A stretch of 64,000 nt of DNA, from assembly GCA_963664225.1 (NCBI GenBank), contig OY760937.1:4320001-4384000 (forward strand), written 5' to 3'. Origin of the DNA: Verrucomicrobiia bacterium. GTDB lineage: Bacteria > Verrucomicrobiota > Verrucomicrobiia > Limisphaerales > UBA1319. The notes below the pieces were generated by a model that saw only the letters and a list, made by a program, of their open reading frames with translations, did not search any database and had not been told where the DNA came from. Positions 63,501 to 64,000 of this stretch are shown in pieces. Position numbers and translations under genes: made by a program. Within the stretch, counting starts at the first letter, position 1, and each line of letters begins with the position of its first letter.

Positions 63501-64000
63501 GAGCAGCGCGTGACGGAACGTACCGCAGACCTGGCGCGCGCCAACGCGTCCCTGCAGGCGGAAATCAAGGAGCGCCACCAGGTGGAGGAGAAACTCCGTC
63601 AGGGGAATGCCCAACTCGCCACCGCCGAGGTCGTGGCCCGGATGGGGAGTTGGCAATTGGACCTGGCGTCCGGAAGGGCCAGTTGGTCGGACAACATGTT
63701 CGCGATTTTCGATGTTGACCCGGCGCATTCCGAAGTCACCCAACTAAACTCCTTTCTCGAAACTCTCGTTCATCCCGACGACCGCGAGCGTATGTTGCGG
63801 TCCCTGGAAACGGCGCTGGCTGGCGGCCCGGCTTACGATCTGGAATTTCGCACGCGGCTGCACACGGGGGTGGAACGGATCATTCACGCCCGCGCGGAAA
63901 TCGAACGGGACCCGGCGGGCCGACCGCAGCGGTTGATCGGCATTGTGCAGGACATCACCGAGAGCAAGCAGATCGAGGCGGCCCTGCGTGCGAGCGAGGA
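60513..64000 (+). CDS. Cu(I) P1B-1 ATPase fused to an ethylene-receptor-like TM domain, coiled coil and PAS/PAC; 3'-truncated by the window
   Basis: Translated by hand, no stop in 1162 codons. GMSCANC, TGES, CPC (61857-61865), DKTGT (61989), [24 protein letters not shown], then SYSSIP...[12 protein letters not shown] (C at 63255, H at 63267), [14 protein letters not shown]...VHPDD...GIVQDIT. Confidence 0.92.
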   Translation, partial: MAKLETATMPVTGMSCANCAGNIERKVRQLPGVGEARVDLAGEKLSITFDPEQTDVLRVITCVRELGFGVATGRTELLIAGLQGRADAANLSKLLAEQHGVVTASVSGETGRAALEFIPGMTGVAEMAGVVRQAGFELVQDGKAEDFEDVEARARAAEIIQQKRLLLLGLILTVPLIAFSMARDFRLVGFPHDQFAMLIPATLVQFVVGWQFYVGAYRSLRGGAANMDVLIVLGSSVAYFSSLAVTVGLIASPNVYFETGAAIITLIRLGKFLETRARGKTSEALKALMGLRAKTARVVRNGAEVEIGIDAVSVGDTVVVRPGEKVPVDGIISDGRSAFDESMITGESMPVSKGPGDEVIGATLNREGMIQFEATKVGRNTALARIVQLVQEAQAGKAPIQKLTDEIGRYFVPIVIGLALFTFVGWVWVAHIDWMGAMLNAVAVVVIACPCAIGLATPTAILVGTTKGAGHGILFKNSEALERAGRVSVVLLDKTGTITRGEPEMTDLVAAPHQTMDEVLRLAASAERGSEHPLGRVIVKAGQDKGLRLIEPRNFQALSGLGIRATVGDCEVIIGNPRLMRNEGIGLEALDEDVTRLQAEGKTAMIVAVATTGRTEAARAIGVVAVADTVKPGSKEAIEELRRLGLDVVMITGDNQRTAEAIAREVGIKRVLAEVLPGDKAAEVRKLQSADSTAGLSRPLVAMVGDGINDAPALAQADVGIAIGTGTDVAIAAAGITLMSGDLRGVGRAISLSRGTLETIVQNLIWAFCYNVALIPIAGYGLLSPMIAAGAMAFSSIFVVTNSLRLRGYKVQTFAAPKPLWRQGVELIPRILAPAGALAILIVLPMVTMAEGVEIRGAIPGTMTPLLMMTMALANGVISISYSSIPVFLIIFIRKRKDIPFSWILVMFGAFILACGTTHVVHIVGLWWPVDWWQAAVDAFCAIISVTTAILVWPLLPKLLAIPSPAQLRAVNLELQNEKAVLERTQSELRKAYAEVEQRVTERTADLARANASLQAEIKERHQVEEKLRQGNAQLATAEVVARMGSWQLDLASGRASWSDNMFAIFDVDPAHSEVTQLNSFLETLVHPDDRERMLRSLETALAGGPAYDLEFRTRLHTGVERIIHARAEIERDPAGRPQRLIGIVQDITESKQIEAALRASE

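Noticed and set aside
60455..63743. Track ORFs such as 61712-62779(-) and 61277-61702(-)
   Set aside because: Shadow frames of the long plus-strand ATPase fusion, which has all the recognisable motifs.

Overview
GC-rich bacterial chromosome segment, probably Verrucomicrobiota (inferred from a Minf_1886-type protein, PEP-CTERM genes and HEAT/Gfo-Idh-MocA pairs). It carries housekeeping genes (leuS partial, cinA, rbsK, nadE, rsmE-dnaJ-grpE, glgA, serS, tRNA-Arg(UCG), gcvP, lepB), an octaheme HAO-family cytochrome, an intact IS3 element inserted in a REP-like tandem array, two tandem PEP-CTERM paralogs and a sulfur-starvation/sulfate-uptake operon. A ~9.5 kb repeat-dense accessory region (28.4-37.8 kb) holds orphan lipoprotein/membrane genes, each preceded by a conserved leader motif. 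The top finding is an ORF missing from the supplied track because it runs off the window without a stop (60513->64000, >1160 aa). It is a complete Cu(I) P1B-1 ATPase (CopA/RAN1-like) fused in frame, through one extra transmembrane helix, to an ETR1-type ethylene-binding domain, a coiled coil and a PAS/PAC domain: a copper pump joined to a putative copper-cofactored receptor. All calls are from reading the sequence by eye; no database searches were run.
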